Shown piece after piece: positions 14,071 to 27,434 of a DNA stretch of 64,000 nt. Position 1 is the stretch's first letter, and each line of letters begins with the position of its first letter. The position numbers and the translations under genes were made by a program. Under the pieces are notes generated by a model that searched no databases, was not told the DNA's origin, and saw only the letters and a list, made by a program, of their open reading frames with translations. The DNA is from Octopus vulgaris (Eukaryota): the NCBI GenBank assembly GCA_951406725.2, contig OX597823.1, positions 59,892,001 to 59,956,000 on the forward strand. The letters are read 5' to 3'.

Positions 14071-15426
14071 CTGCCAAATGCCAACCCAACAGAGGGACCA
14101 ACTATCCAAATTGACAGTACCTTGGTAGATAAAGCAATTAAGGGTATGAAGACAGAGAAAAACCCCCGGCCCATCAGGAATCACCGCAGAGATGCTCAAA
14201 ATATCTGGTGGTATCAGCTATAGCCTAGTCACCCATATAGTCAAACCATAGTCAACTGCTACAAAGGTAAAGGTGACACATTAGATACAAATAATTACAG
14301 AGGTATCAAGTTGTTGGATCAGGTAATGGAAATCACAGAGAGGGTCATAGACCAACTAATTAGGGAGAGAGTCAGCCTAGATGAGATGCAGTTTAGGTTT
14401 GTGCCAGGGAAAAGCACCACTGATGCTATATTTCTGGTAAGACAGCTGCAGGAGAAATATCTAGCCAAAGATAATCTTCTGTACCTGGCTTCCATTGACT
14501 TGGAGAAAGCCTTTGACAGGGTACCCCGATCCCTTATCTGGTGGTCAATAAGGAAACTAGGGATAGAAGAATGGTTAGTGAGAGCTGTGAAAGCCATGTA
14601 CAGGGATGCTGCCAGTAAGGTGAGGGCTGGCAATGAGCACAGTGAAGAATTCAAGGTAGGGGTAGGGGTCCACAAGGATCAGTCCCCAGCCCCCTCCTAT
14701 TCATCATAGTCCTCCTGGCAATAACAGAGGAATTCAAGACAGAATGCCCCTGAGAGCACCTCTATACTGATGAACTTGCTTTAATTGCTGAGTCACTATC
14801 AGAACTAGAGGAGAAGTTTCAGGTGTGGAAGCACAGATAAGAATTGAAGGGCTTTAGTGTCAACCGAGCTAAAACCAAAATCTTGATAAGTAGGAAGGCA
14901 AACAAGTCACAAATCCCGTCAGGTAGATGTCCCTGCTTGATCTGTAGAAACAGCATAGATAGAAACTCCATAAGATGCATCCAGTGTAAGCTATGGACAC
15001 ATAAGAAGTGCAGCAATATCAAAGGAAGGCTGACTGGGAAGATAGTTTTTGTATGTGGAAAATGTTCAGGAGCAATAAACACTGAAAATGCGCAGAGAAC
15101 AGCTTCTGTCACATTCCAGGGAGAAAAACCACAAGTAGTTGATAACTTCTGTTATCTAGACGACCAAGTCAGTAGTGGGGGTGAATGCTCTGAAAGTGTA
15201 GCTGCTAGAATTAGAATAGCCTGGGCAAAGTTCAGAGAGCTCTTACCTCTGCTGGTAAAAGACAGACTGCATGATGCATGTGTACGAACTGCCATGCTAC
15301 ATGGCAGTGTAACATGGGCTGTGATTGCTGAAGACATGCTTAAGTTTGCAAGGAATGAAGCCAGTATGCTCTGCTGGACGTGCAATGTCAGTGTGCATAT
15401 ACAACAGAGTGTAAGCGCCCTGAGAG
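14071..15426 (+). mobile_element. RTE-clade LINE, RT region, decayed, with in-frame PHD finger
   Basis: PGPSGITAEMLK; NYRGIKLLDQVM; QFRFVPGKSTTDAIFLVRQLQEK; IDLEKAFDRVPR; degenerate YADD (LYTDELA, about 14760); ARIRIAWAKFREL; MLHGSVTW. Confidence 0.95.
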
Positions 15427-15794
15427 CTATATACACAACACACTGGAACATGAAAATGGAATGGTGTATCTTTAGCCAACTCCAATGAGATTCAGCTTTA
15501 ATATGTTTTTAATTATGCTAATTAATTTCTAAATTCTTGAATCGAAACAACTCTCAGAGATGATATCCAATTTCATAATGGATAAATAATTATTAATTTA
15601 ATTGTCACTCTATTTTCCTTTTTTCTTAAAAAATATATATATAAACCCCAGTTTATCCAGTTACCTTACAGTTGAATATTCAATAATTCTTGTAATAGGT
15701 AATGAACCAGTATATTCATTGGATTTTATTATCCCTTAATGAGGTTTGCAACCTTTATTTGAACTTTTATATATGTATATATATATATATATAT

Positions 15795-15997
15795 GTCAGC
15801 CTCGTCTGGCACCTGTGTCGGTGGCACATAAAAAGCACCCACTACACTCACGGAGTGGTTGGCATTAGGAAGAACATCCAGCTGTAGAAACACCGCCAGA
15901 TCTGGCTGGCCTGGTGCAGCTTTCTGGCTTCCCAGACCCCAGTTGAACCGTCCAACCCATGCTAGCATGGAAAGTGGACGTTAAACGATGATGATGA
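15795..15997 (+). mobile_element. SINE-like family C
   Basis: AAAAAGCACCCACTACACTC...GGCATTAGGAAGAACATCCAGCTGTAGAAA...GGACGTTAAACGATGATGATG. Confidence 0.85.
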
Positions 15998-16384
15998 TAT
16001 ACATATATAAAATATTAAATATATATAGCATATAGTATAACATAATATACAGATGTAGAAGCATTGAGTGCATGACAAAATTGCTGTGGGCTTAAAACAT
16101 AGATATGATAAACTCCTGAAGCTGTATAAAGCTCTCAATAGGGCATTGCTACATAATGTGGTTATATGTATACATATAACACTGGGCAACAGATTAAATC
16201 TATAATCTAATATTCCAATACATCTTACATGCAATTGGCTTCTACACCCCTTTTGTCAACCAAGTTATAGGCCAATCTGAGTGTATGGTAAAACTCACTT
16301 ACACAAGGTGATTTTCATAAGGGTTGAATGCAGAACCATGTGGTAGCTTGGCCAAATTCTTAAGAACACAAATATGCCAGTGAC

Positions 16385-16385
<1 letters not shown>

Positions 16386-16416
<31 letters not shown>

Positions 16417-16876
16417 TGTATGTATGTATGTATGTATGTATGTATGTATGTATGTATGTATGTATGTATATATGTATGTATGCATGCATGTATGTGTGTA
16501 TATATATATACATATATATACTCACACATACGCATATATATATATACATATACAACCACTCATACACACACACACATGCACACATATATATACACACTTT
16601 TATATGTATATATATTTCTAAATATATTTATATGTAATATGCTCATAGATAAATATATATACATACACACACATATAGATGTATATCCATGTGTATGTGT
16701 AATATATATATAAATGTGTATGCATATAAGTATATACTCTTCCATATATCTTTTTTGGGTGGTGGGGTGCAAATAGAAGTAATGCACACATAAAAATGAA
16801 TTGAGATGTGCCTGCATATACAGACACACTTTAGAAGTCTTTATAGTTTGTCTGTGTCTATATCTATATAAAGATA

Positions 16877-16927
<51 letters not shown>

Positions 16928-17116
16928 GTGTTTGTATATATATATGTATGTATATATATATGTATGTATATATGTATGTATATATATATATATATGTATG
17001 TATATATGTATATATATATATGTATATATATGTATGTATATATATATGTATGTATATATATATATGTATGTATATATATATATATATGTATGTGTATATA
17101 TATATGTATGTATATG

Positions 17117-17147
<31 letters not shown>

Positions 17148-17273
17148 ATATATATATATATATATATATGCATATATATATATTTATATAATCATATATA
17201 AGTATGCATACGCACACAAATATATATATATATATATATATATGTACATATAATGTATATATGTAATATGTGT

Positions 17274-17332
<59 letters not shown>
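16386..17332. repeat. Long compound (TATG)n/(TA)n microsatellite block
   Basis: Read directly. Confidence 0.95.
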
Positions 17333-17623
17333 GTTTGAGAAGAAGATTCTAAGAAGTGGGGCAAAGATAAATTATTGTAGGAAACCACCCCTGTCAAAGC
17401 AGAAATAAAGATATCTTTCTATCCTCGTAAATCATTTTAGTTGTTTCCCTTATCATGTAATAATTTCAAAAGAATCTGCCATGTAAAGTAAGGCACTGTG
17501 GCTTATAAGGGTTATTCAAAGACTAGCCAAACACAACAAAGCATAACAAAAGTACATTATACAAAGGTAAAGGAAAAAACAAAACAAAAAACACCACATG
17601 TATATGTATATATATACATATTC

Positions 17624-17654
<31 letters not shown>

Positions 17655-18052
17655 TACATGCATATATATGTGTGTGTGCGTGTATGGCTGTGTGAGTATG
17701 TGTGTGTGTGTGTGTGTGTGTAGTGAGACAGAGACACAGAAAACAATTTTTGACCCACCTGCCCAGCTCAACCCCCATCCAAGTCACTGAAGCTACGTGC
17801 AATAAATATCTCTCACATCATCATCATCATCAGTTACTGCTGCTGCTACTGCTGCAACTGCCAACTCATAGAGTGTGGGTGGTTCTTCCAAAGCTCTTCG
17901 GAACTCTGGAGGTTATTTTTTTTAATTATGTCAGTAGTGTCTCCTGTCCCCCTTTGATATCAAGAACACTATGAGTGCTCTCTTGAAAATCTTTCTCACA
18001 AGCACAGGAGAACCAATTTTAAGAGAAAGAAGGAGAGTAATGGGATGATAAC

Positions 18053-18085
<33 letters not shown>

Positions 18086-18440
18086 TAAGAAGAAAGAGAG
18101 TGAGAAAGCAAGAAATAGATGCAGGATGAGAAGTAAAAAGAGAAAGAAAGAAGAGATGGAAGAACTGCACTGCTTAAACCTGGATATTGATTGGTACTCT
18201 ACTTGAGAACCATGAAAGGATAAAAATACATTTTTGATCTAGGTGAGATTTGAACTCAGAATGCAGAGTTGCAAAACAAATACTACAAGGCATTTTATAT
18301 GATCTCTATAATAAATGAGAATTAATTGCCTCTTATAGTAAACCAATTTACTAAATTTCACAGTAACTGCCTTTCCTTTATGAATTTGCAGTCATGTGTA
18401 TTTATTTTCACAATTTCTTTAGTTTTTTGTCTTTGCTATT

Positions 18441-18828
18441 ACTCTTTTACTCTTTTACTTGTTTCAGTCAGTTGACTGCGGCCATGCTGGAGCACCGCCT
18501 TTAGTCAAGCAAATCGACCCCGGGACTTATTCTTTGTAAGCCCAGTACTTATTCTATCGGTCTCTTTTGCCGAACCGCTAGGTGACGGGGACGTAAACAC
18601 ACCAGCATCGGTTGTCAAGCAATGCTAGGGGGACAAACACACACACATACATACATACATATATACGACAGGCTTCTTTCAGTTTCCATCTACCAAATCC
18701 ACTCACAAGGCATTGGTCGGCCCGGGGCTATAGCAGAAGACACTTGCCCAAGATGCTACGCAGTGGGACTGAACCCAGAACCATGCGGTTGGTTAGCAAG
18801 CTACTTACCACACATCCACTCCTGTGCC
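18441..18828 (-). mobile_element. SINE family A, well-preserved full-length copy
   Basis: Reverse complement of 12404-12810; retains many CpGs; tail (AAAAGAGT)n. Confidence 0.9.
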
Positions 18829-19169
18829 TGATTGTTTAATTTTTATGTCAATAAGAAGTTTAATTTTGGTCTTTCACTTTATTATGGTGTTAACCTTACT
18901 TACGCAATTAAGGTTAGTTCTTACTTTGAGATGTAATTGGCAGCGGTATATCCTGACTTTGGTATTGCAGGAACCAGCAAAACTCAACAGTTGTACTCTC
19001 ACATGCACTCTACCTAAACTTCTGACTGGAAAAAACTTCTTCCCTAAAATGATCCCCAAACCTCACCTGTCATTACTCAATGCCCTAGTGAAGAAAGAGC
19101 TTGTTCGAATGGCCCACTTTTTCACGTGACTTCACTTCACTTCACCTCACTTCGTAGGTGCTTGTGTCT

Positions 19170-19320
19170 TTACATTCTGAGTTCAAATTCCCGCAAGGTT
19201 GAATTTGATTTCATCCTTTTGGAGTAAATAAAAGAAGTACCAGTCAAGCACTAGGGTCGATATAATTGACTTAACCCCTTCCCAAAATTTCTGGCCTTGT
19301 GGCAAAATTTGAAATCATTA
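19170..19320 (+). mobile_element. SINE family B, partial
   Basis: TTCTGAGTTCAAATTCC...TTTCATCCTTT...AAGTACCAGTCAAGCACT core. Confidence 0.75.
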
Positions 19321-19589
19321 TTATTGTTGTTGATATCGGACATGTCTTTGAACGCTCCAAGTAAGTTCGTTTTTAAAACATTTATTTACACCAGTTTGGT
19401 CACGTTGCTTCGTTATACGTTGGTTCCAACTTCTTAATAGGAACACTAGGAACCCGTCACTGGTTTTTCTGTGTTTGTTTAGCCCCCTCGTGGAGCCATA
19501 TTCGGCCCACAAAATAAGTTCGGTGAATGTGTAATCACTTACAGTTCAAAATGATGGTGGAGAGCATCTTGTAAGGGTTAAGGAAAATA

Positions 19590-22020
19590 ACTACCCCTCC
19601 TGCAGTTCTGCTAACTGATGAAAATTTCCCTCCCTTACTGGCAACAATACAGGAGAGGGGAGGAGAAAAGTGAGGATGCAAAAGTACGTAGTTACAGCAG
19701 AAGCAACATCAATATCGACAGCAGCAGCGACAGTGGCGGTAGCAGTGACAGCAGTGGTGGTGGCGGTGACGGTGGTGGCTGTAGTAGTAGTAGTAGTAAC
19801 AACAATGAGAAACAGCAGCAGCAGTAGCAGCAGCAGCGGTGGCAGAAACAGTAGAAGCGGAAATAGTGTTTCCTTTAAAAATACAACAGATTTTAGTGGA
19901 AAAAAATGTAATTCTAACATCAAAGGCGGGGAGAAGCAAAATAGGGGTGACGGTGATGGCGAGAGTGGCAGCGGTGGAAATGACCACAATTCCACCACCA
20001 CAACCACCACCACCAGAAACAACAGCAGCAGCAGCCGTTCAAGAATTTGGACCTGGAGATCTCCATTTCCAGCGACTTCGAGGGCCACCTCCCAGTGGTG
20101 TCGGGCGTCAACGAAGAGCCCTCGACTACAACAAGACGACCAAAGTTTTTTTTCCAAGGTCTAGGGTCTGCCGCCCCTAAGCCCTAGACCATCGCCTAAT
20201 CACCTTTACCCGTCTTGTTGCTTAACAACAACAGTTGTAACTACAACAACAGCAACGACGACGACAACAAAAACAATAACAAAAATAAAAGGTTTGTTGA
20301 TGTAGTGAACACCAAGAGAGAGATGTTTGTCATACCACTCGATGATAAAATGCATGAACTCACAAAAGCAAATGGTATCATTAAATTTAAGGGTGGTAAG
20401 GCTGCAGTGCTCGAACCTCCTGAAGTAACAGAGGCAAAAGAGAGGAAGACAATTTATTTCAGATGTGTATCATGCAATACTTGAGGGCTGAAATAGCGTC
20501 CATCAGGCCCTCAGAGAAATTTTAATAGATGTGACCCATATACAGAGCGGGAGGCAGTTTGTCAGCATTGAGGTTCTCTTTGAAAGTGAGGGCCTCCTGC
20601 GATGACATGCAGAGTCACCCTGGTGGGTCTTGTATCCCACCTACCTCTTAAAGAGAACAGTTAGAATCAGAGTAAACGGTGTACGACCGGGTATAAACGT
20701 CTTTTGGATTGTCACTTGGGAAAAGGAGCAGCAAGGAGAACTGGTGTTGGATCAACTTGGAAATATATTGATCCATGTGAAAACAGAAAAAACGTTGAGA
20801 AGATCCCGGACCTGATCCAGCTGCCCAACAGGGTGGAACTGCGTGTTATCGTGGAAGGCATGAAGCTCAGACGCAACATCTATGGGTTCACAAGCCACCT
20901 GAGAGCCTTCTGCTCCCAAAAGTTGGGAGGTACGCGGCCACACCTGCAGCCTACATCGCACCCCTAGCAACAGCAACAACAACAACAACAACAACAACAA
21001 AGAGTGAACCCCATAGAATGGAGAAAACTACCCAGGATATCTGTCAAACCAGCCTCTCTCTCTCAAGTATACACTCACACCAACACGCTCACACTACCAA
21101 AGACACACTCACATTCCCAGAGACAGATCCTACAGATACTAGTCCCTCCCTATCCCGCAGTGAAGATGAGGAACAAACTTACAAAGCAAAAAAAAAACCG
21201 CAAAATACAAAACAAAAAGAATACAGACGAACCTACACCAACACCTGAAAACACAGAAATCCCCAGTACGTCGAACATAGACACAGCAAAAACAACACCA
21301 GCATCACCATCCTCACAACCACCACTACTCCAACCAAATGCACCAATGCTCTCAAAACTACATGTATCCCACAAAAGAAAGCCCAGGGGCGCGGCAGCCA
21401 GATTTCTTCAGACGTTTGGAGGTTTTCCCTGGGACATTACGCTCCTTAATGTTAGTGAGTGACTGGAATGCCATCTTGGACACACGCCTGGATAGGGTGG
21501 GGCTAGCTGATAGGAGAGGTGGGAGAAAAAGCCTCACAAACCTACTCAGCCGCTGTCAGTTGGCTGGTAGGTAGCATCTGGATTTCCCGAATGCACTAAT
21601 GTGGACATGAGCGAACCGAATCGGATTTTCCAGATCGTGTCTAGATGTAGTATTTTGTAGGCCTGTAGACAGAAGTAGAATAAGTTGTCCTGTATGGTTG
21701 ACATAGATAAGATCTATAGATAGGGCTCTGGAAACTGGAAGCTGAACGAGTCCTTCCCAACGCGGCAAGCTTTCAGAGACTAGGTTATCAAGTTAGTCCA
21801 TCGAGAGTTTGCGGGTTCAATCGTCAACAGCCATTAGTGGATAGCCCTGAAAAGGGCTATTGGAGTAGAGGCGGTCGGTTTTAATAAGGAAATAGTGTTA
21901 GAGGAATCTAGGATAGAGGGACACCTAGTTAGGAAGCTAGAAGAGGCGAGATTGGTTCTTGATCAATTGTTCAATGCTAAGCACAAAAGTTGCATTGTCA
22001 GAGCTATGGTGCATTGGTTG
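19590..22020 (+). mobile_element. Tx1/L1-type LINE, 5' part: ORF1 remnant and AP-endonuclease remnant
   Basis: ORF1-like: RTVRIRVNGV...IPDLIQLPNRVELRVIVEG...GFTSHLRAFC (degenerate zinc knuckle). Endonuclease: LVSDWNAILDTRLDRVG, MWT*ANRIGFSRSCLD, GSGNWKLNESF (GxGxWKLN motif). The 5' boundary is uncertain because of low complexity. Confidence 0.8.
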
Positions 22021-22031
22021 AGATTGGCTAC

Positions 22032-22350
22032 TGTTGTATGGGGAATCTGTACACCCCCGTGATTGGCTAAGTGAACTATACTAGTTAATATAAATGAGCA
22101 TGCACAGAACAGTCTGAGAAGAGTGTCATATGTGCAGTCAAGGTGTACAGGTCATAAGAATTATTAAATAGAGATATCGTGGAGTGTTTGTTGAAGATAC
22201 ACAGTTGGAGAGTAATAAGAAAACATCAGGAAAGTTTGGTATTATAAAAGTTCAGATTATAACAATGACGACGGGAAGCCATACGTCATATCAGCTACCC
22301 TTGTCGTCACCTCCTCCCAGTTCTTGTCCACCTGGTGATCTGAACCAAAC
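22032..22350 (+). mobile_element. Gypsy-like LTR retrotransposon 5' end: LTR, primer-binding site, start of gag
   Basis: TGTTGTA at 22032 to TATAACA at 22264 gives inverted LTR termini with an internal TATAAA. It is followed by ATGACGACGGG (cf. TGGCGACG primer-binding site) and LPLSSPPPSSCPPGD (cf. proline-rich Gypsy gag starts). Confidence 0.65.
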
Positions 22351-22554
22351 CAGATTAATGAAAATATTACATCATTATAAAAAAACCGTTTTCATCAAAT
22401 GAATTCATGGACATTCAAAATGATTTAACATAGTTAAACATAACTATTATTTCAATTGATAGTTTATGTCAACTGAAATTGCCATAATAGGTTGACATCT
22501 GTACCTCCACTGTTACTCATTCATATTCTATATATATATATATATATATATACA

Positions 22555-22756
22555 CATAGGGGGGCAAACAAGGACAGACATACGGGTTAAGTCAATGATA
22601 TCGTCCCCAGTGCGTAACTGGTACTTAATTTATAGACCCCAAAAGGAGGAAAGGCAAAGTCGACCTCGGTGGAATTTGAACTCAGAACGTAACGGTAGAC
22701 GAAATACGGCAGCATATTTCGCCCAGCGTGCTAACGTTTCTGCCAGCTCGCCGCCT
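22555..22756 (-). mobile_element. SINE family B
   Basis: Minus strand GGCGGCGAGCTGGCAGAAACGTTAGCACG...GTTCTGAGTTCAAATTCC...GCCTTTCCTCCTTTTGGGGTC. Confidence 0.9.
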
Positions 22757-22764
22757 TGTGTGTG

Positions 22765-22975
22765 TCTGTAACCCCTTGTGAGCAGTAAAGAAATAGGTAT
22801 TTTGTCTGTCATTACGTTCTGAGTTCAAATTCCGCCGAGGTTGACTATGCCTTTCATCCTTTCGGGGTCGATAAATAAAGTACCAGTTTCTCACTGGGAT
22901 CGATGTAATCAACTTAATCCCTTTGTCTATCTTTGTTTGCCCCCTTTGTGTGTAGCCCCTTGGCAGTAAAGAAAT
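22765..22975 (+). mobile_element. SINE family B, headless unit
   Basis: GGTATTTTGTCTGTCATTACGTTCTGAGTTCAAATTCCGCCGAGG...GCCTTTCATCCTTTCGGGGTCGATAAAT...GCAGTAAAGAAATA. Confidence 0.9.
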
Positions 22976-23439
22976 ACATATTCTATATATACATATATAT
23001 GTGTATGTACGTATATAAATGGGTGTTTTACGGCTGCTGTCTGGCTAAATCACTCATAAAGCATTGGTCAGTCGGTCAGCATAAGGCTGTAATGGAAGAC
23101 ACTTTCCCATGGCTTTGAACCTGAAACTACATGTTGTAAAATAGGCTTCTTAACCACATAGCCACGTCTGTGCCTGCGGTGCAATTAATTTTTGAAGCTA
23201 ATCAAAAATTTGGAAGAATTTAATACAGTATCATTTTCATTATGAAACTAATGTTTAGAACATAATTTAATAAAATAATAAACACTTTAAAATGAGAGGT
23301 TATGTTACATAGAACCAGAAGTGGTCTCAGGAGTTGGGGTTGTGATATCAAATGCATTAAACTGAGTAAACCACTCCCTTATAAAATGTATGGTCCTACT
23401 TAGAATGAATGTAAAGTATTTTATAAATGAATAAAGTTT

Positions 23440-23886
23440 GTTGACTCCTGGAATAATTAGAACATCAGACAAAAATGGCTTTGTGATTTATTTCAATGCT
23501 GCTGAGTTCAGCTTTGTCTTTCTTTCATCTGAGGTCAATAGAATAAGTACCAGTCAAGTACTGGAATTGATGTATTCAGCTAACCTCCTGTCCCCAAATT
23601 TTAGGCTTTGTACCTATTATAGAAATTATTATTATTATTATTGTTATTGTTGCTGCTGTTGCTGTTTTTGTTGCTGGAGTAATTGATGTCTTCATTATTA
23701 TTAGTACTATTGATTTTATCATTATTATTATTATTATTATCATTCTGAGTTCAAATTCCACCAAGGTTGACTTTGCTTTTCATCCTTTCAAGATCAATAA
23801 ATTAAGTACCAGTGAAACACTGGGGTTAATGTAATCAACAAGTCCCCTCCTCCAAATTTAAGGCCTTGTGCCTATAGTTGAAAGGA
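23440..23886 (+). mobile_element. Two SINE family B copies separated by trinucleotide repeats
   Basis: Core motifs at about 23490-23620 and 23742-23886, each followed by (TTA)n. Confidence 0.75.
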
Positions 23887-23904
23887 TTATTATTATCATC
23901 ATCA

Positions 23905-23959
<55 letters not shown>

Positions 23960-23975
23960 GATTATTATTATTATT

Positions 23976-24409
23976 CAGTAGTTTTATTTTTATATCATGC
24001 TTTCACTTCACTACCGAGCACAGCTCTGTGTGCCTTGGGTATGTGCTGTGATTTGTTGTGATGCTCTGATGGTTACTGTATTGAAAGTGTTCCGCATAGG
24101 ATGTGTGCAGTACCTAGAAGTGCAATTTTATACGTGTTTGTAAGTCCTGGTGTTTTTGCTACATATTTGTCTGGATATTTTTTTTTATCATGCCTAATGC
24201 ACCTACTATGATAGGAATTGTTTCTGTTTTTAGATTCCACATTCTGGTTACCTCTATTTCCAGGTCTTTGTATTTTGAAAGTTTCCCCATTTCTTTTAGA
24301 GACACATTGTCATCTGCTGGTATTGATACATCAATTAGAAAGCATTTTTTTTCTTCATGATCTCTGACAACTATATCTGGCCTATTGATCTTAATTTCTC
24401 TATTTGTGT
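23976..24409 (-). mobile_element. Dong/R4-type LINE 3' end (restriction-like endonuclease domain and 3' UTR)
   Basis: Minus strand TNREIKINRPDIVVRDHEE...LIDVSIPADDNVSLKEMGKLSKYKDLEIEVTRMWNLKTETIPIIVGALG. (TTA)n on both sides. Confidence 0.9.
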
Positions 24410-24440
24410 ATTATTATTATTATTATTATTATCATTATCA

Positions 24441-24477
<37 letters not shown>

Positions 24478-24690
24478 GGCAGTGAATTGGTAGAATTGTT
24501 AGAATGCTGGATGAAATGCTCAGTGGTATTTTGCCCATTGCTACGTTCTGAGTTCAAATTCTGCCGAGGTTGACATTGTCTTCATCCTTTGTGGTCGATA
24601 AATGAAGTTCCAGTAAAACACTGGAGTTGCCGTAATTGACTCACCGCCCACCCAAAATGGCTGGTGTTGTGCCAAAATTTGAAGCCATTA
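24478..24690 (+). mobile_element. SINE family B
   Basis: Head GGCAGTGAATTGGTAGAATTGTTAG, family core, (TTA)n tail. Confidence 0.8.
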
Positions 24691-24691
24691 C

Positions 24692-24733
<42 letters not shown>

Positions 24734-24800
24734 GGTAGTATGTGTGTGTGTTTATGTATGTAAGAATGTATGCATGTATGTTTGTATGTATTTATGCATG

Positions 24801-24843
<43 letters not shown>

Positions 24844-25329
24844 GCATGTATGTATGTATTTATGTATGCATGCACGAATACAAAGACAGACAGAGATAGC
24901 GAGGTAAAAACACAAGTGTGTGTGCACGCGCATGCGTGCATATACAAATATAGATACATTTATTTGTTCCAGAGATGCCTCGTTTTTGCAATATGAAAGT
25001 TCAATGATGTGATACAGTTTATAAATGAATCAAGGGGAAAATAAAAGCGACAGAAACTTAAATTTCAAAAACGTCTTCATGCAAATAACCGAATACATTA
25101 AAATATTCAGATGTCATTGATCATCTGTGCAATGAAATATCTTCAATGGGAAGGTTTCAGCTTAATTTACTTTTAAAACTAAATTAATGCTTTCACGTGT
25201 GACTGTTTATGTACCTAAACATGTATATATATTTATGTATAAATGTATAAATGTATATAGCTGTGTATTTCTGCATATAGCACACATTTTACTTAAATGT
25301 GCGTATGTGTGTGCATATGCATATATATA

Positions 25330-25444
<115 letters not shown>

Positions 25445-26143
25445 TTGTGTCTCCTCATGTTGATATAATGGGATAGTGGTAAACGAGTGTCATGATCACT
25501 GAAGCATATGTCATTCATTTATGACCTTTCATGAAACATGTCTAGTCATAAGAAGATATTACTTTGCTTAGCAAACAAACAAAAAACAAAAACAAAAATG
25601 AGGGTCATAACTGGAAGGGCATCTGGCTATAGAAGGTTTTTCCTCTATGAATTCCATCTGACTCATGCAGGCAAGGAAAAAATGTGGATGATGAGGAGGA
25701 GGAAAATTAGGACTGTACATATTCTTTCACTTGCTTCAGTCATTTGACTGCGGTCATGCTGCAGCACTGCCTTGAAGGGTTTTAGTCCAACAAATCAACC
25801 CCAGGACTTACTTCTTAAGCCTAGTACTTATTTCATTGTTTACTTTTGCTAAGTTACAGGGATGTAAATGCACCAATACCAGTTGTCAACCAATGATGGG
25901 GGTACAAACACATACACAAAGATACACACACATGGATATATACATATATATCATCATCATCATCATCATCATAATTTAATGTCTGCTTTCCATGCTGAGG
26001 ACTGGTGAACAAGATGGCTGCGCCAGGCTCCAATCTGATCTGTCATGGTTTCTACAGCTGAATGCCCTTCCTAATGCCAACCACTCCGAGAGTATAGTGG
26101 GTGCTTTTACATGCCACCAGCATGAGGGCCAGTCAGGTGGTAC

Positions 26144-27200
26144 TAACTTCAAGTTAGCCAGAAAACTGCTTGCAACCATTTGCATGTAATCAGAAAATGA
26201 AAAAAACCTGATAAATGGGTACCACATGATTTGAATGAAAATCAGAAAATGCACAGATATGATATTTGCTTATCACTTCTTCTCCATAATCAGATTGATC
26301 CATTTCTTGACTGTATTGTAAATTGTGATGAAAAGTGGATTCTGTACAATAATAAAAACGTTCTTTGCAGTGATTGGACTAAAATAAAGCACTGAAGACT
26401 ATCCCTAAACCCAGGCTCTTCAAAAAAAAAAAAAAAGGTTATGGTGACTGTTTGGTGGTGTACTGCTGGACTCATTTACTATAACTTCTTAAAACCCAGA
26501 AAAACCATTATTGCAGAAGCATCATCATCATCATCGTTTAACGTCCGTTTTCCGCGCTAACACGGGTTGGACAGTTTGACCGGGGTCTGGGAAGCCAGGG
26601 CCTGCACCAGGCTCCAGTCTGATCTGGCAGAGTTTCTACAGCTGGATGCCCTTCCTAACGCCAACCACTCCGCGAGTGTAGTGGGTGCTTTTTACGTGCC
26701 ACCTGCACAGGTGCCAGGGGGGTCCGGCATCGGCCACGATCAGTTGGAGCTTTTAACGTGCCACCGAAGCAAAGGAATGAAAAACTGCTACTACTCCTCT
26801 GTCCCAGACTGGTTGACAGAAAAGGACCAATCATTTTTTCGTGACAATGCTCCACCACACATTTCACTAATGACGCTCCAGAAGGAGGGAACTTGGCTAC
26901 ATTGTTCTTGCCCACCCAGCTTAATCCCCATACCATTCTCCTAGTGACTACCACTTTTTCAAGCACTTTGATGGTTTCCTGCAAGAGAAGGAATTCAAAA
27001 TTCGAACCAATGCTGAAAATCCATTCAAAGAGTTCATCAGCTCCAGAACTCCAGATTTTTATGTTAACAGAATAAACAAGCTTAAAACTCATCAGAAAAA
27101 TTGTGTTGGTTGTAATAGTACTTACTTTGATGAATAAAATTTCTATAAATATGAATTTTATGTTTCAAAACGTTGCTTACTTTTTACTCAGCTTGATATA
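26144..27200 (+). mobile_element. Mariner transposon remnant, 5'-truncated, interrupted by a family C element
   Basis: DKWVPHDLNENQK...FLDCIVNCDEKWILYNN; RDNAPPH; SPSDYHFFKHFDGFL (YSPDLAPSDY motif). 3' terminal-repeat-like CTTACTTTTTACTCAGCTTGATA followed by TA. Confidence 0.9.
26521..26766 (-). mobile_element. SINE-like family C inserted in the mariner
   Basis: ATCATCGTTTAACGTCC...GCTGGATGCCCTTCCTAACGCCAACCACTCC. CpG-rich, so apparently young. GAAGCA on both sides is a possible target-site duplication. Confidence 0.9.
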
Positions 27201-27323
27201 TAGATGTCTATATTTCATCATATATAGATATCTATATTTCAGTCTTTCTTTCTCTCTGTTTACATGTTTGCATGTAATTATATTTTGTATATCTAACCCA
27301 TGCAGTGTTATTTGTTTGCATCA

Positions 27324-27399
<76 letters not shown>

Positions 27400-27403
27400 A
27401 CAT

Positions 27404-27434
<31 letters not shown>

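Noticed and set aside
18840-19160. 101-aa ORF and a weak GTGAAGA...TTCGAA hammerhead-like string
   Set aside because: No recognisable protein motif, and the hammerhead core is too degenerate to support.
19591-20180. Overlapping 113-188 aa ORFs considered as a host gene
   Set aside because: Low-complexity trinucleotide sequence directly upstream of Tx1-type ORF1 remnants; more likely the 5' part of that element.
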